A DNA stretch of 64,000 nucleotides from Enoplolaimus lenunculus (taxonomy: Eukaryota), in NCBI GenBank assembly GCA_030248215.1, contig JASANG010000753.1, positions 124,001 through 188,000 of the forward strand, in the 5' to 3' direction. Below the pieces are notes generated by a model. The model was not told the DNA's origin and did no database searches. It saw only the letters and a list, made by a program, of their open reading frames with translations. The translations under genes and the position numbers were made by a program. The stretch's first letter is position 1. Each line of letters opens with the position of its first letter. Shown here piece after piece: positions 10,797 through 26,200 of the stretch.

Positions 10797-13045
10797 AACC
10801 AAATTAGCTCAATACAATAAACACAGTATAAAGTTTACTGCTAATCCTTAGCAATCAATCATGTATACAATGCAGTAAACGTAAAAAGAAGTCAATCCAT
10901 AAAGTCATCAGTTTACAAGACCCACAAATACAGAATCAAACTAACAAACCATAAAAACCATCATTTGTTTCGTGCAATTATTCTGCTGCTGAAATTTCAT
11001 TTATTAGACACTTCAAATTCTTGTTGTAATTATTTGTCAAAAACAAGAGACTCACCTTATTGTTGATGTATATATTTAAAATACAAGTTGACCTCGACAA
11101 ACCACCTTCGAATGCTTTGACGATTACGTTTTAAATATCAGGAAATTCTTCTCAATACTATGTATAATACCGCATGCCAAAAGCCTTTTACGAGCACCAC
11201 ACACCGAAACTGCTATGCAACACCGCCTTACCACAACAACAGAATTCAAATTTCCAACAAACATCGCAATAACAAAGAATCAGTTGCAAGGAAGCAAAAA
11301 CAGAATGATCTGAAAAATACTAAAAAACTTAATTTTAAATTTCAAAACAAAAAAATTTCTTGCCAATCAATGGTCTGCTCAGTAATAATCACTCTAATTT
11401 CCACCGTACTGCTTACTAACATGGTCTTACGACTTAACAACCACCACAAAGCTGTGACTCCACGGCAAAAAAAGTTTACATTCAGATTAAAAAACATTTC
11501 TCTCACCGTTTTCAAACAACTCTCGTACAAGAACAATGAGGTAGATTTCCAAAAAATGCAGAAAAAAAACCAAAGGAACACGTATTATCCCGAGCTCATT
11601 GCAGAAAAAATACACACACATGTGAGCACAATTTTCAGCCATGCAACGAACGAGAAAATACCATAAAAAACAGAAGGGTAAAAAAGCAACAAAAAACAAA
11701 TATAGTACATCATAAAAACGCAGGTAGGTTTACAACGCACTGCAGTTAGTAATACACTTTTAGGTACATAGATAGATAGATAGATAGTAGTAGTAATTAA
11801 CAGGGCACAGCTCAACAATAGACCCGAATAAAACCAATGCATTAAACCAAATTATAAACAACAACTATATACATAAATATATATATATCAGGGTGCAATC
11901 GGAATTACAATTTAACGGGTCCGGAATTTGAAAATTTTACCGGAACCGGAAAGTGAAAAATGCATTTCACCAAAAATTTCATTTTAATCATATTTTTTGC
12001 TCTATTATTTGTGAAACAACCTTAGCTGAACATAGGTATTTATTTTATTTGTTGTATTTTAGATTTTCGTCGTCGACTGAAGCGAAATCCACCATCAATG
12101 GCTTATATTCGGAGTACAAGTGGCTTTCAAAAGAGATTCTTAAAAATTAGCAAAGTTAAGAAAACGGCCAAATTATAACACCGGAATTTTTAAATCCGGT
12201 AAAAATTTACCGGAACCGGAAGGTGAAAAATGGCGGAACCGGAATTCCGGGTACTTTAACATCTTGAACTATCCGTGCCGGTTGTTTTTGGTGTCCGATT
12301 AAACCCTAGTGTATATATATATCGATTCAAACATGTTTTAGGCAATACATTCCGTTTTCTGAACCGCTTGTTTTCGCCAAATAAAATCATATATACATGA
12401 CATCCATTCTATATCAATTTCAAAATTATTCACCGCTGTTCTATGAGAATACAGAAAACACAAATGAGACGATAATCATAACGTATTAAGCCATAAAACA
12501 GTTGAATCCAGCTCATTCAACTCGAACTGTTGGCTTATTCGTCAAAATCCCCAAAACCTGTCATATACTATTTTACTCGCTTAAACCACCCGATCCATCC
12601 AAAGGTTTCGTCATTTCACCAAACTATACCTTACATCGATCGCTCCCTCAATGACTACACCAACTACTTAACCAAACGTGATGCTCCACACGACCACCAC
12701 TTGGCCGAACAATGAAACTCAAACGATCCGAATATACATATACATACATACATACAAATATCCGAATAATATATACATACACATATAACATATATACAAA
12801 CAAAACACATATAAAACCAACCGTTTACTTCATTTTAACGACGCAGCCATGTGAAAATTAAAAATTTTCAAAATTTTAAACGCACGTCTCCGTCTAAAAT
12901 TTCTGCGTTTTTCCTGTTTTGTTGTTCTTTTTTAGTTTAATTCTACTCAATCGCAGTGTAAAATCCAACCATCTCCGTGCCATGCGCCGGTCGCATCACA
13001 TGCGTGTTTTACCTATCTATTTACCTCTAATGGTTTCAATTTTAA

Positions 13046-13192
<147 letters not shown>

Positions 13193-16100
13193 ACATCCGG
13201 ATGATACCTACGCTGCTGTCTGTCTGTCTATACGCCTGTCTGACTGCCGACAACGCCGTTGAATAATACGCGCGCGTGTCTCAGTGATTTTTTTTCATTT
13301 TTAAGTCAAGAACAATTATTACGCATTACTTGGCCAGGCAATTTATACGTATATACGTACGCATAAATAATGCAAAAGAAACTTTTCTGAAGATATGTGT
13401 GTAATATATAGCTACTGAAACCTAGCACTGGACACAGACCACATTAGCAAATAGCAACTATGCAGTACGTAGTAGACAGACATAAATAGACACATAGGTC
13501 CGTCTTTGCATCAATTAAACGGCTTGAACGCAAGCTGCAAAACAATTCATATTAGCATTTTAGCTCAGACACTACAACATCTGAAAATATGATGATCGCA
13601 AATTTAATTACAATTAGCTATAGCATTTCATGCAATTTCCTTGACTGTAACCGCTTACGGTCTTCATTTTATTATTGAAAACACAATCATGCTGCATATT
13701 TGTGCCGTCACTGTCTAACTGACGTATCGTTACGATATGAACTTACCATAGTATATATAACAACAAAAATAACACAAATTACAAAACAATACAAGACACA
13801 TATATACTTGTTGTATATATATATACACAATCAAACCGCACTATATCAGCTTCCGCTTCGTTTATATCCGCAACCGGGACACCATCATATTATTAACCGG
13901 GATAAATGCAAAAAACAATAGTAGTGCACATATTTAATATTCATCACAGCGCAACCAGATATATATACACACATACACACATATATATCTATATATCTAT
14001 ATATATCTATATATCTATATATACATACATATATGTATATCTACCGGATCAGCTACATATATATCCAGTTGCGCCTAACGCATTTATACTCCAATAACAT
14101 AAACAAAGTTAAATACAATCATAACGCGGTTTCAGGCTTACCTACTACCCCTACACACTTATACGAAATACATTTTACCGGTGAAGCATGACATATAATA
14201 CATATACATATATAATTGGCCTTGATTTAAGTTATCATTAACTTTACTGAAATACACCAACACTCAACTAGGAACATTTCAGACATATATACATCTCAGC
14301 ACGGATACCTTTCACGTATCAAGACATCAAGACACCGAGACAAATTCGTCGAAATGCCTAACTTCTTGCATACGCAACAATTTCCTACAATGGCGCTCAT
14401 ACACTAGCCAGCCACATAGACGTGACGACCTGCCTAACCAGCTGTCCTAAATTAGCTGTATTTACTCGAATTTTCGCTAATTAACTTATCATACGAAAAA
14501 GTTTACTATTTGCAATTAAATACGATAGATAAACAAGTACGTATATGTACAGCAGTGCGGCGAAAAAAACAACAATAACAACAGAAAAAACTGGTGCCAC
14601 AATTCGTCTTCCGATAACTCGTTGACCAAACACTGATCGCTTGGCGTACGCTTGTTTACACTGTCGAACGTTAAGTTATCAGGCGACCAATTGTGGTGTA
14701 CGTATATATATTAGATAAAACACACTTTAGCTCAACACATTCCTTACAGACATTACTACTACATATTATATTATTACAGTTATATACTACTAATCAAACA
14801 ACCCCATACGCAAAATTTACTGTATCAAAATCAGGCTTTGCAAGCGAAAATAGCAATAATTACGTACACTGTTTATGAATATATATAATAACCAAGAACA
14901 AACAATACACAGAAATGACTATAACAGTTAGCGCACTAGTACGTAACATACATATAAGCATATATCTTAGCGTAAAGAATGCAACATGGACATTTTGCTA
15001 CGAATAAACGCAATTTACCACCAGTTTGGCAGCAGTACGCACTTCCAAGCTGGCAGCGGTGACATACGTCGGTTTTCTCAGAGTTTCTCTCGGTTTCAAA
15101 CCGAACCAAACGCAAAAAACAAGTTCCATTTTTTGTCTGCCCAGGGTTACCAAAATAAACGAACATCTATTGCATTATTTATTGATTTTTCGTTGTTTTT
15201 AGCAGCCAATCATTGTTATTAATATTGCAAAAATACGTATTATTTTTTAGTGAAATCTTCACGCGAAATCTCGTTGAGCGTATATAGCCAAAATGTTCCG
15301 CGTCGCAATCGCCGCTACGACATATATATACGTATATCTTGCAAATACATTCAAAAATTAACAATTATCAAACACGCGCATATTAACGATACTTTGTCTC
15401 AGACTATCAACTCAACGCTAATCGCAAATATCTTTTAACCGTTGATATTATATTTCGTGCCCGACCTTTGTTTCAGTTCTGAGATTTGTTTACTTACAAC
15501 AAAAATATTGATTTATATAACAAGTTATATATATATTTAAATTTTCTATTTAATAATGAAACCATATATACATGTATTGCCGACCATTGTTAAATTCAGC
15601 ATTTTATATATTGCCGAACATTGTTGAATTCGGCATTTTCGCAACCGAATCCGAACTCTCGAACACGGACCGCCAATTATTGCCAAATGCCCCCAATCTG
15701 AACTTTTGTGTTGCCACGCTGTTACACGCTCCCTTGTGAAACCATTCGATTCTCAGTCCAGTCAGTCAGGTCATCGCGATACATCAAAAATAAAATAAAA
15801 TTTAAACCAACATAACACCTCCTAAATATAGACAAACAAATACGTATTTTATTCATTTTCACACTCAACAAAATGCTACTGGCCTGTCACTGCTACGGTG
15901 CTGTCTATATTGTTGCTTGTAGACTAAAATTCAAAATTTAAAATTTAAAAATGTTAAAGCATATAATAAAACTGTCGTAGACACTGAAGGGGGCCCTCAA
16001 AAATAGCCACCAATTCACAGCGTAGTTCCCCACACATCTCACAGCGTAGTTCCCCACACATCAGTAAACGTACAGTTAGTAGCATTTTCACTCACAACAT

Positions 16101-16802
16101 CAACATCGCTCGATCACAAAGTGCAGTTTGTTAAAATTTAATCAAAATCTTTTTTTCGTTTTCTTAAATCATAAATTGTCCATATATAATATATATCTAC
16201 TAGATTTATTGTTTAATCATAAATTTTCACCGTATACACATATATATTATATTCATACATACGTACATTCTGTTTGTTTGTTTGTTTAACAACAACATCA
16301 ACGAACAGTCGCAAATCCAAGCGGAAAGCGAACCTAAAAGCCATGCCCGGCATCAGTACTCGAAACCAAATTTTCTATATCGGTTACTTCTAAAATTGTA
16401 CGTATTTCACTTCTCAATTACTTCGCTTGCGTGGGCTTTTTTCATTATTATACATACCACGCGGACAACCCCATCGGAAATTTCTGGACCTGTCGCCAAT
16501 GTCGCAATGAACAAATAGAAGCGCAACGGTAGACATACATAAATACATAACATACATACATCCATCCATACATACATACCTACATATACGTCCTATACTT
16601 TAATGTATATAAGAGACATAAGATTCGCCGATTGAAGAGGACACAACTTTTAGCGGCGAATGTTACATTTTCGAACAACCTTTACAACTCCAGTGAATAA
16701 AACTTTTTTTGAGAAACGAAAATAAATTACTAAAATTTCGCACCAATCAAATTTTTTTCGAACGAAGTATATACTTACTTACATACGACCATACTTCCCG
16801 TT

Positions 16803-16803
<1 letters not shown>

Positions 16804-16875
<72 letters not shown>

Positions 16876-16890
16876 TAATATTAATAATAA
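16804..16890. repeat. (AAT)n microsatellite
   Basis: Directly visible. Confidence 0.97.
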
Positions 16891-17765
16891 TCGTTCTAAA
16901 CTCAGAATGTGTGGAACAAAAGAACAAGCATACAACTGCGTTTAATCATTCTCTAATTCATGAAAATGCAACTGCGAAGAGAAATAATTGCGGCACAGAG
17001 CTACACTGACCACGACAAATGTACTGCCCAAAAATTGATTGACAAAAGAATTGTATTCTACGTTAACAAAATTTTTCACCCAAACAAATCTTCACACCCC
17101 GTCATATTAATAATTCTTGATGACAGGGTTGTTGAAATATTTGTCATTTGTCCTTTGAATCAAAAAGAACTGACTCGCAATTCGCAAAGTATAAGTAAAT
17201 ATCCGTTAATAAAAATTAGTTATACGTAAATATACGTAAACCATCTATAGAATAGAGGTCAAAATAATAAGTACACTTCGAGTAAATACGAAATATAGAT
17301 TTAAGTTTTCGCATAATTAAACTTGAAACGTAAAAATAAATACGTAACTTTAACTTATTTTGTCTCAAACTATACGTACACAGTTTATCCTACCCAGTCA
17401 AAGCGGCGGCGAAGTCACGTCAACGCATCTCGCTTTCCGTAAACCAAGTTTCCAAACAGGAACTAATTTTTGTCCGAACAGGAACCGGAATTGGAAATAA
17501 TTTTCATTGCCAAATTTTGCAAAAACGACGCCATCAACAGTTTGGGTAAACACAAAATGTAACTTAACAACAAAAACACTCATTTCGAAATAATTTTTCA
17601 AATAAAGTTTTAAATACATTGCAATACGTATTTAAATGATTATGAATAAATACGTAATTTGCCACAAAACCGTTAAAGAAGGAACTGGAACAGAAATGGG
17701 AATTGAATTTTGTAACAGCGCTACCACGTTAGCGTAGCCATACGTGTTGTATGTATCACCATATT

Positions 17766-18148
17766 AAGGATGTGCCGATTAATCGGCATCGATAATAATC
17801 GGCACTTTTCTTGAGCATCGGCATCGGCTCTGCAAAAAAATTTCCGATTCTTTGCCGATACTTTTTGCACACATAAATCAGTTGGAATGCAATCAGTTTC
17901 GTTTCTGGGCACATATCAGTGTCTGTGTGTGGTCAGGAAAACTCTTTACCTCTTTTGCGTTTGTGTTTGAACAAATTAATTGAAATGAACCGTTCTCATA
18001 AAATTCTAATCGTTTATGTTGCTTAGGGTTTAAGCCTTCATATGCTGATGTACTGTTGTGTCCTATCTGTTTATTAAGCATGGTTTACTACAGTTGGAAT
18101 CGGCATCTGTTCGGCATCGGCAAAAATTTCGGTACCGGCACATCCCTA
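17766..18148. mobile_element. Dispersed repeat (MITE) with ATCGGCATCGGC motifs
   Basis: Ends AGGATGTGCCGAT ... CGGCACATCCCTA. Similar sequence at about 22190-22410, 24340-24735, 34325-34800 and 54170-54472. Confidence 0.65.
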
Positions 18149-19056
18149 CACCATATCTTTTTTCAAAATTTCACAAACCCCGTAAACAAATTAAACGCAT
18201 TTTCCATCACTCTACAATACAAAAACTGAGATATATATACTGCAATGCAACCGCCTATCCTATCTCTAAGTTCTACACGCCAAAATTTAACTACTACTGC
18301 CCATCAAAACAATCTTACGTACCGTGGTGGTGGTAAACAGCCCCCCGTACGGCTACTACTAACTCTTGCTTACAAATATTAACACGCAACGCCTCGATTT
18401 TTCAGAAGACGAGTCACCAAGATACATACTACATACGTATATACAGCAACAGCAAGTAAACACAGTAACACAACTTACAAAACAATACATTATATTATAC
18501 ACTACGTATACGCCGCTCACGCTCAGCCTGCCACTACCAACCCTTGACAGGACAAAAAATTTGTTAAAAATATTAAAATTTAAATTTTTTTGCTCGCTCT
18601 CTTCTCGTTCTATAGTCGCTAGTCACACTCCTTCGCCTACCTCTGAGACTAAATATTGTACACACACACACACACTTGTTCATCTACACTTGCATATACT
18701 TCGATCATTTCTCATAGTGTCATCTTCGTTTAGTTGGCCCATGTTACATTTAAGGGGCGTCCACGTTTTTGGTGGGTCTATAAAAGAGTAGGTTTACACA
18801 CTAGATTAAATTTTTTTCTTAGGCTTAGGCTTAAGTTTAGGAACTAATTTTTGCAACGCTTAGGCTTTGGCTTACCATAACATAAAGGTGTATGTTACAT
18901 ATGCTCAGGCGACTATTAAATACCACGCGAACCAACAGGAACAGCAAGCAACTCGATTTCAGTCAACGCAGAACACAAAAATTCTTCGTCAATTTGTTCA
19001 TGCGACGTTTTTGAAAATTATTGCCAGCCCACACACAGCCACCCTAAATCAACATT

Positions 19057-19065
19057 GTATATATG

Positions 19066-19099
<34 letters not shown>

Positions 19100-19118
19100 T
19101 GTATGTACGTATGTATGT
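19057..19118. repeat. (TATG)n microsatellite
   Basis: Directly visible. Confidence 0.9.
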
Positions 19119-22100
19119 AAATGATCCATCCATACAGTCACAAAATTGGTTGGTTGTGCCAATTCTCGTACGCGTAAGTTTGCTGTTCCGATTGCGATAT
19201 AATCCAGTTCCGCTTTGCACACCATGAGTGATAATATGTACGTATATACACACATGAAATAGACGATAAGTTTAACAACCGTACGCATAGTTAATTATTT
19301 TCGCCCCATCGATCCCATCTGTTATATACCTACCAAACTAATCATACGTATATACGTACGTCTCTAGACGCCTAAGTACAATAAATACGCTTGCATTCAA
19401 CTTCATCATACATGTATGTATTCACCGCTCCCTCGCTCACTAGAGCGAGTGGATTTCAGTTCGACTTAGCATCACAGCCGAGCAAAAAACAATAGTAACG
19501 GCAAACGAAAATTCAATCAACTCGGATAATAATCATATATATATTATATACATATGCACATGCGCACAACAGCACATCTTATTAAACTCTGTAAAATCCG
19601 CTTATAGCACATCTTATTAAACTCTGTAAAATCCGCTTATTATCATTGTGATAAATCCAAAGCCATGCCAAAAACATTCATAACGGCGCCCATATTTCTA
19701 CTCGCCCAACGCGTATTCGCTAGCATCAAGGGCTTACTCGTTGGCAAGAGATACGTAGACAGGATGTATTTCATCGCAAAATTTCTCGAGACAAAAAAAG
19801 CACTTTTAACAACAGGATTTATAGAATAACTTTCTGCATCTTAGAGATATAACCGTCCCGGCACAAAATCCTGGTCACGCCACTACCTAGCATTCTTAGT
19901 CCATAATTATATATATAATACATACACCAACTTAATATTCAGTACACGATCCGCAATAAACAAATAACAATCATTACGACATCTCAATAGCTAAGTTATA
20001 CGTACCGCTTTTCATGGTACATCCTTGAGTTAAACACAGACACAGCGAGAGAAAAGATTATTATATATTATTATTATTATTAGATTCTATCTTTATGTAT
20101 TTTTACCTCACTACCCTAAAAACCAGCAATTCGGTCGATAGTTTATGTACCAGTTCGTACCGCACAGTCAGTCAGTCACGAACAGCACCCGACCGGTGGC
20201 AACCAGGGCAACAAGCTGACAACAACGAGGTTTTGGCTCTCGCTACACGAGACAAGCGGTTTCACACAAAGAAACGTTGGCAAAATAAGTTATTTCGCAC
20301 ATTCATGTATACGTACCGTACATATATATACGCACCGCGAGGGCTTACCACTACAAATACAGACACACACTTTATAAACAAATACACCCATGCATCAAGG
20401 CATACGTTTGTGTCAAACCAATTCTGGGCACGAGCCAACATAAAAACATTCACACCGATGTACATAGACTTATGAACTAAACCATACGTATATATACGTC
20501 TCCTGATGTGTATATATTTGAGTCACCTATTACATGTTATGTACCAGACTACTAGCCATCTCAGGTCTTCTTCGTTATCCGTATGGAACTAAAAATATCC
20601 TTAGGGGGGTGGGCATGCAACAATGTCAGATGACAAACAACCGAAGTTGAAGCTTTTCTAGCAGGTTGGCCTATAATTTTTCAAAGTTAAACGAGCTCCT
20701 ATGATGATGCTAGCAAGGTACGCAACCACTCTCAGTACAGTTAAAGTGCAAGTAATAAACGTCTTAAACATCGGTCATCGCTCATATATAGATTTGTACA
20801 TATATCGTATTAAATCGTTCAAACCATGTTAAGCTACGAAACCGCCTGAGCGACTACAATTTAGACAGCAAAATTCTAAATTAAATAGTCCAGGGTGCAA
20901 TCGGAATTCCGATTCCGATTAGAATTCCGATTAACAATGAGTTCCGATTCCCATTACGATTGTACAATCAATCGGAATCGGGATTTTCCACATTTTAATT
21001 TTAGGCCAACTTGTAGTGATATGTTGTTTAAAAATTCTGCATCATTTAAGGTTTTTTATGAATATGAATTCATTTTCAACGCTAAATTCATCAAAGAATT
21101 TCTTTTACAACTTCGCAGCATATAATTCACATTTCACTCCAAAGCAAGTTCCCTGAGCAGATCAAAACGAACACACAATGTTCGTACCAACACCTTTAGT
21201 TAGATCACACATCAGACAAGTCAATAAATATTAATTCTATTATTACAGTCGAACTAAAAATTAATGGAAACTCACTTTTAGGTGCTTTATATACGGTACA
21301 ACTTCCATCACAGACAAATACGTATATATGTGTGCATATCAAGGCAAATTAATACCTAATAAGAACCGTAAAAATCAGTTCTATTTAACGGAAGCGGCAC
21401 CTCCAGGCACTACTAGCATTCAACTTTAAATTAACATATATATACACTTTCTCATCATCATTCTGAGAAACTATCGTTTCGATAACAATCTTGTCATCTG
21501 TCAGCACTAATAAGCCACAGCTAAACCGATCACTAATAATTAGGTGTGTGCGTAAGCTATCCGAGTGCAACCGGTATTACACATAACGGAAGCGGAATTT
21601 GAAAAAAAATTCCAGACAAGAACTGAAAAAGCAAACATATATACCATCGAAAAAATCATTTTAATTTTCATTTTTTGCAATATTATTGGTGAAATAAATA
21701 ACCACCCTAGTTGGAAATAGGTACGTATTCACTTTATCTGCTGTATTTTAGATTTTCATAATCCACGGAAGCGCAATTTTACATACTATACTAAAGAAAT
21801 CTATTTAATTTTATCGTCATTTTTAGGAAATATCTCAATTCCCACCGAACAAAATTTAATATCGGAATTTTTAACTACGGTAAATATTTATATATATGTA
21901 TATATACGTGTATATATATTTATACGTAATTTTGCCAGTTAGAACAACACTGTGTTTCTATTTCAGCTACATCTCACTAGAACCACCGATAAGGAATAAT
22001 CCCTAAATCTTCTAAATCGATTTAAACTATTTCTGTAATATTACTACGCTCGGGCAGTGCTTGGTCAGAGCGTAGTGTTTACACATCGGTTATGCGCGTG

Positions 22101-23270
22101 CAGATAATTTAGTCACAAGTATAATAAAAACGTACGTATATCTATAATACTCAAGCGAAACACGACACATTAACCATCATTACGATTTTATAAGACCAGT
22201 TCATTTCAATTATTTTTTCAAACACAAACGCAAGAGAGATACGTAGCCGTTTTCCTGACCAAACACACTGATATGTGCCGAGAAATGAAATTAATAGCAT
22301 TCCAACCAACTGTTATGTGCAAAAAGTATCGGCAAAGAATCGGCAAGTTTTTTCGCATTGTCGATGCCGATACTCACGAAAAGTGCCGATTATTACCGAT
22401 GCGAAACTGGACAATTTTTCCGCTGATCGACCCATTTTTCCCTGGTTTCCCTGACGAAATAGCAAAATTCCCTGTTTTCCCTGATGAGCGGACACCATGT
22501 TAATGTAGATTTTATTTATAACTCTGTTCAGAAATAGAATAACTGAACGCTAAGTATGTGCTAAATATCAAAGCTTACAATTTGTTGGTTCATAATTTAA
22601 AGGAACTGAATGTAAACACTCAGTGTCCGTACTTATTTCTGGTCACTGATTCATTCTAACCTTTGACACCTTTCTGTAACCAATCTATTCCTCCGAAGTA
22701 GATGCCAAATGTCAAAACAAAATAAGCGCAAAGCAACTATACAACACAAACAAAGCGATAAACAATCATCGTTTACAATACGTACACCTCTCAATGTTCT
22801 CCATATTTCGTCACCTAGATTAGAAAAGTGCCGGGGCAATGATTTTTACCAGCGCCGGATCCAGGATTTCTAAATAAGTAATTAACAGTTATCGCTACTC
22901 AAGTTTGGTCCATATTGAAAAAATATATTTTTCAACCTTAAATTCAGTCTAAAATTTCTAACCGACTCAAGTGGAAGCAATAGCTTTAAATGAAATCAGA
23001 ATCTAAATACGAAAATTTTCACTGGCACCAGTATCGTCTGGCTACTGCCCCGGGACACCTCTAATAGCCATATGTACATAAATCATACCATAAATGCAAA
23101 CACAAAGATTAAAAAACAAACAGCAACGTATACAAAAAGCAAATATACTATAATATATTCGACCAAATAAATCCATTTGTAGTGCGACAAGATAACCGAG
23201 CGACCACATATCTGCGTTTCGAAATACAAAGCCAGATCCTGCAATTAGACGCATAAACGCAATGATTTGA

Positions 23271-26200
23271 TTAGCAAAGTCGATAAAAAATTAAATCATA
23301 TTGATCAAAAGTCGCACCTCGTTCATCGTCTGCAAGTAAGCATGCCTAAAATAAAGAAAAATAAATTAATATATACTATTTTCTCCTTCCATTTTTATGT
23401 ATTTCAAAACCTACTCAGGCGATAGGTAAAATCTTAGCCATGACACGCGGCTATTTTCAATATAACAACTGACTTCTACTAGTGTTCGAAAATACCAAAA
23501 TTTATAAAAGCAGGCCTTGCACGCCACTCGAATTTTTTCCCGATGCGCCAATGCCAACAGCTATATATCATTCCGCTAAAACATACCGATGAATATCCGA
23601 CCCGAAACGAAAATGTGCTGCGCACTTGCTGACCGACAGGAAGACGCCAGGCGCTTATTGAGGTCTGAAATAAGAGCTATTATTAGATAAATAAGCGGTG
23701 CAAATTGACACACCAGTGACAGCTCCAAGTTCGCTCACTAAATATTAATAATGTTGAAATCGCGGAAATCCGGACACTTCGAATTTGCGCAATATTACAC
23801 ATTTTTACGCTTACAATTCACTGTTTCACGTAAAGCTATCACGAAAAATTCCAGGTTCGATTTCTGTTCCAATGTTACAACTCTGATTTCAATCTCTGCT
23901 CAAAATATACCGAATCCATTGCCACAAACTCGACGAATTCATCCATAATTTGGACTGCGAAAAACTTACATAATCGGTGTTTAATTGAGTGTTCGCGTTC
24001 GAAAAAGTCGTCGTCGTATCATCAATGGACCATCCAATACCGACTGGGTCACCACCTAACACACTACCACCACCCGAAGAAGACGACGACGAATGGCCTT
24101 CGCATGCGTCCATACTGAAATCGCACAGATCAACGCGGCGGTCAGCATCAATGCTGAAATAATTTATCTAATACAGTACACGAGGGAGAATTAAACGCAT
24201 TTTTGCTTTATATAATTTCAGTTTTTCAGCAGCAATTATGAACTTTATAACAGACGAAAACCTTGAGCACGCCAAAAATGTAGCGAAAAAATAAATTACT
24301 TTAACATACAATATCCGGCATCCTGTTCCTTTTCCGGCAAAAAATTCAATATCCGTATCCGGCAAATTAATATCTGGTCGTACCCTGGTATAGGTATCGG
24401 TACAGCAAACAAACTGCATATTTCTTGCAGATACTTTTTCCTTTGCACATACGTAACAGCGCGTTGGAATGCTATCAAATTCACTTGCGGGTGTATACCG
24501 GTGCATTTGATCAGGAAAACTGCTAGCTTACTTGCGTTTGAGTTTGAAACAATTAATTTAAATACGGTCGTTAGGGTTTATTTCTTCGCATTTTAATGAT
24601 GTAATGTTGTAACCTATTTGTTCTTTGAACATCGTGTTTCAAAATTGGAGTCGACATCGGCATACTTTCAAAATAAAAATCGGCATCAGTATCCATCCGC
24701 ATCGGCAAAAATTTTTGTATTGGTACCTGCCTACTACAGATTCCGTACTTTGCAATAATTTGGTGTGGAATAGATTAGCAGCTCCTGTTCCGGAAAAAAT
24801 GAATTTCCTAACAGGAATGGACGGTCTCGGTTAACAGCCGAGTCTGTGAATCTGACTGCCGAAACCGGCCATGAAACGTCTTAATCTCGGTCAATTTTAT
24901 GGTCATCGCGGAACTAATTAAAATTTTCAAAATAAAATTCTTAATGCTTATTGTTTCGTATTTTTTGTGATTTTCCAATGGTTTTTGTATCTTTTCAGAA
25001 TACCTGTTCACACATATTGCGACCCAACCAAAACTTACTGAAATTCAACCCGTAGCGCGTACGTCGGCATATACTTTGATATGGGTATATAATAGATAAA
25101 TCGTCCCGGGTTGACACCCCCGCCACCGGCTCCAACAGTGTCCTCGCCGCCGTAACTTCCCTCATCACAACTGCTCTCATCAAAACAGTATCGATTATCG
25201 ATTGAGGTATTCAAATTTGGGATATTGATCCATACGTTATTTTGCCGTGATGATCGATGCTGTGGATGCTGCTTTTCTTCTCCACTCCTCGAAACCCCAT
25301 TTCCTTCGTCGTAACCGCTATCAGTACCCGGCCACCATAACGTATCAGCCCCATTAGCATTATTACCCGTAGAATCACCGTCGCTGTTTACGTGCCGTCT
25401 GGGGTCTAGGCGTCGCCGCTTGTTGTTACTTGTTGCTATTGAGTTGGAAAACTCAGACGAACTGTCAACTGTTTCAAGTAGTGAGTCAACTTCTTCCGGA
25501 CGACGTAAATCGCGACGATCGCGGCGATATGATGCATCATTTGACCCGTTTGCTAAAAATATATTGCCAAAAAATGATGACCAGGGCAAATTTTTTTATC
25601 GTTCAGCTTGCACCAAAAAGACTTTAATAGCGCCAAAAAACCATACAACTATTTAAAAAACCGATTTATTTATCACAATATACGTATATACATATAGAGT
25701 TTTTGAGGTTTTTTCACAATATTTCAAAAAGATTGGAATTTATTTTTGCATTATAAATATTTGTATTACACAACTGCGCAGGTTTTGGCACAAAAAACCT
25801 GTGATAGGGCATCAATGATACACACAGACCACAGAGTATATACGTACCGTTATAATTCCAGTTCCAGGTTTCAATACACAATGTACATTACATTATTTCA
25901 GAAACGAAACGCTGGTATTTTTCACTATCCGACTTCATCGAGGATGAAATCAGGTTGCTGTGCCTTACTGTTTTGTAAAGAAACAGTTCAAAAACCCACA
26001 CACTTAAACATATTTTAACGCAACTTTCAACACAGCTACAGATTTGTAATAACAAGCTCTGGTACCAACAATTGAGAAACAAACTTACGTACCGCTGAGA
26101 AATGTGTTATTTGTACTGGAAAACAACTCATTGCCAGTGTCTGTGTTAGTTTGTTGTCTACCTACAAACAGATAACCACCATTTCGAAATACAGCTAAAT

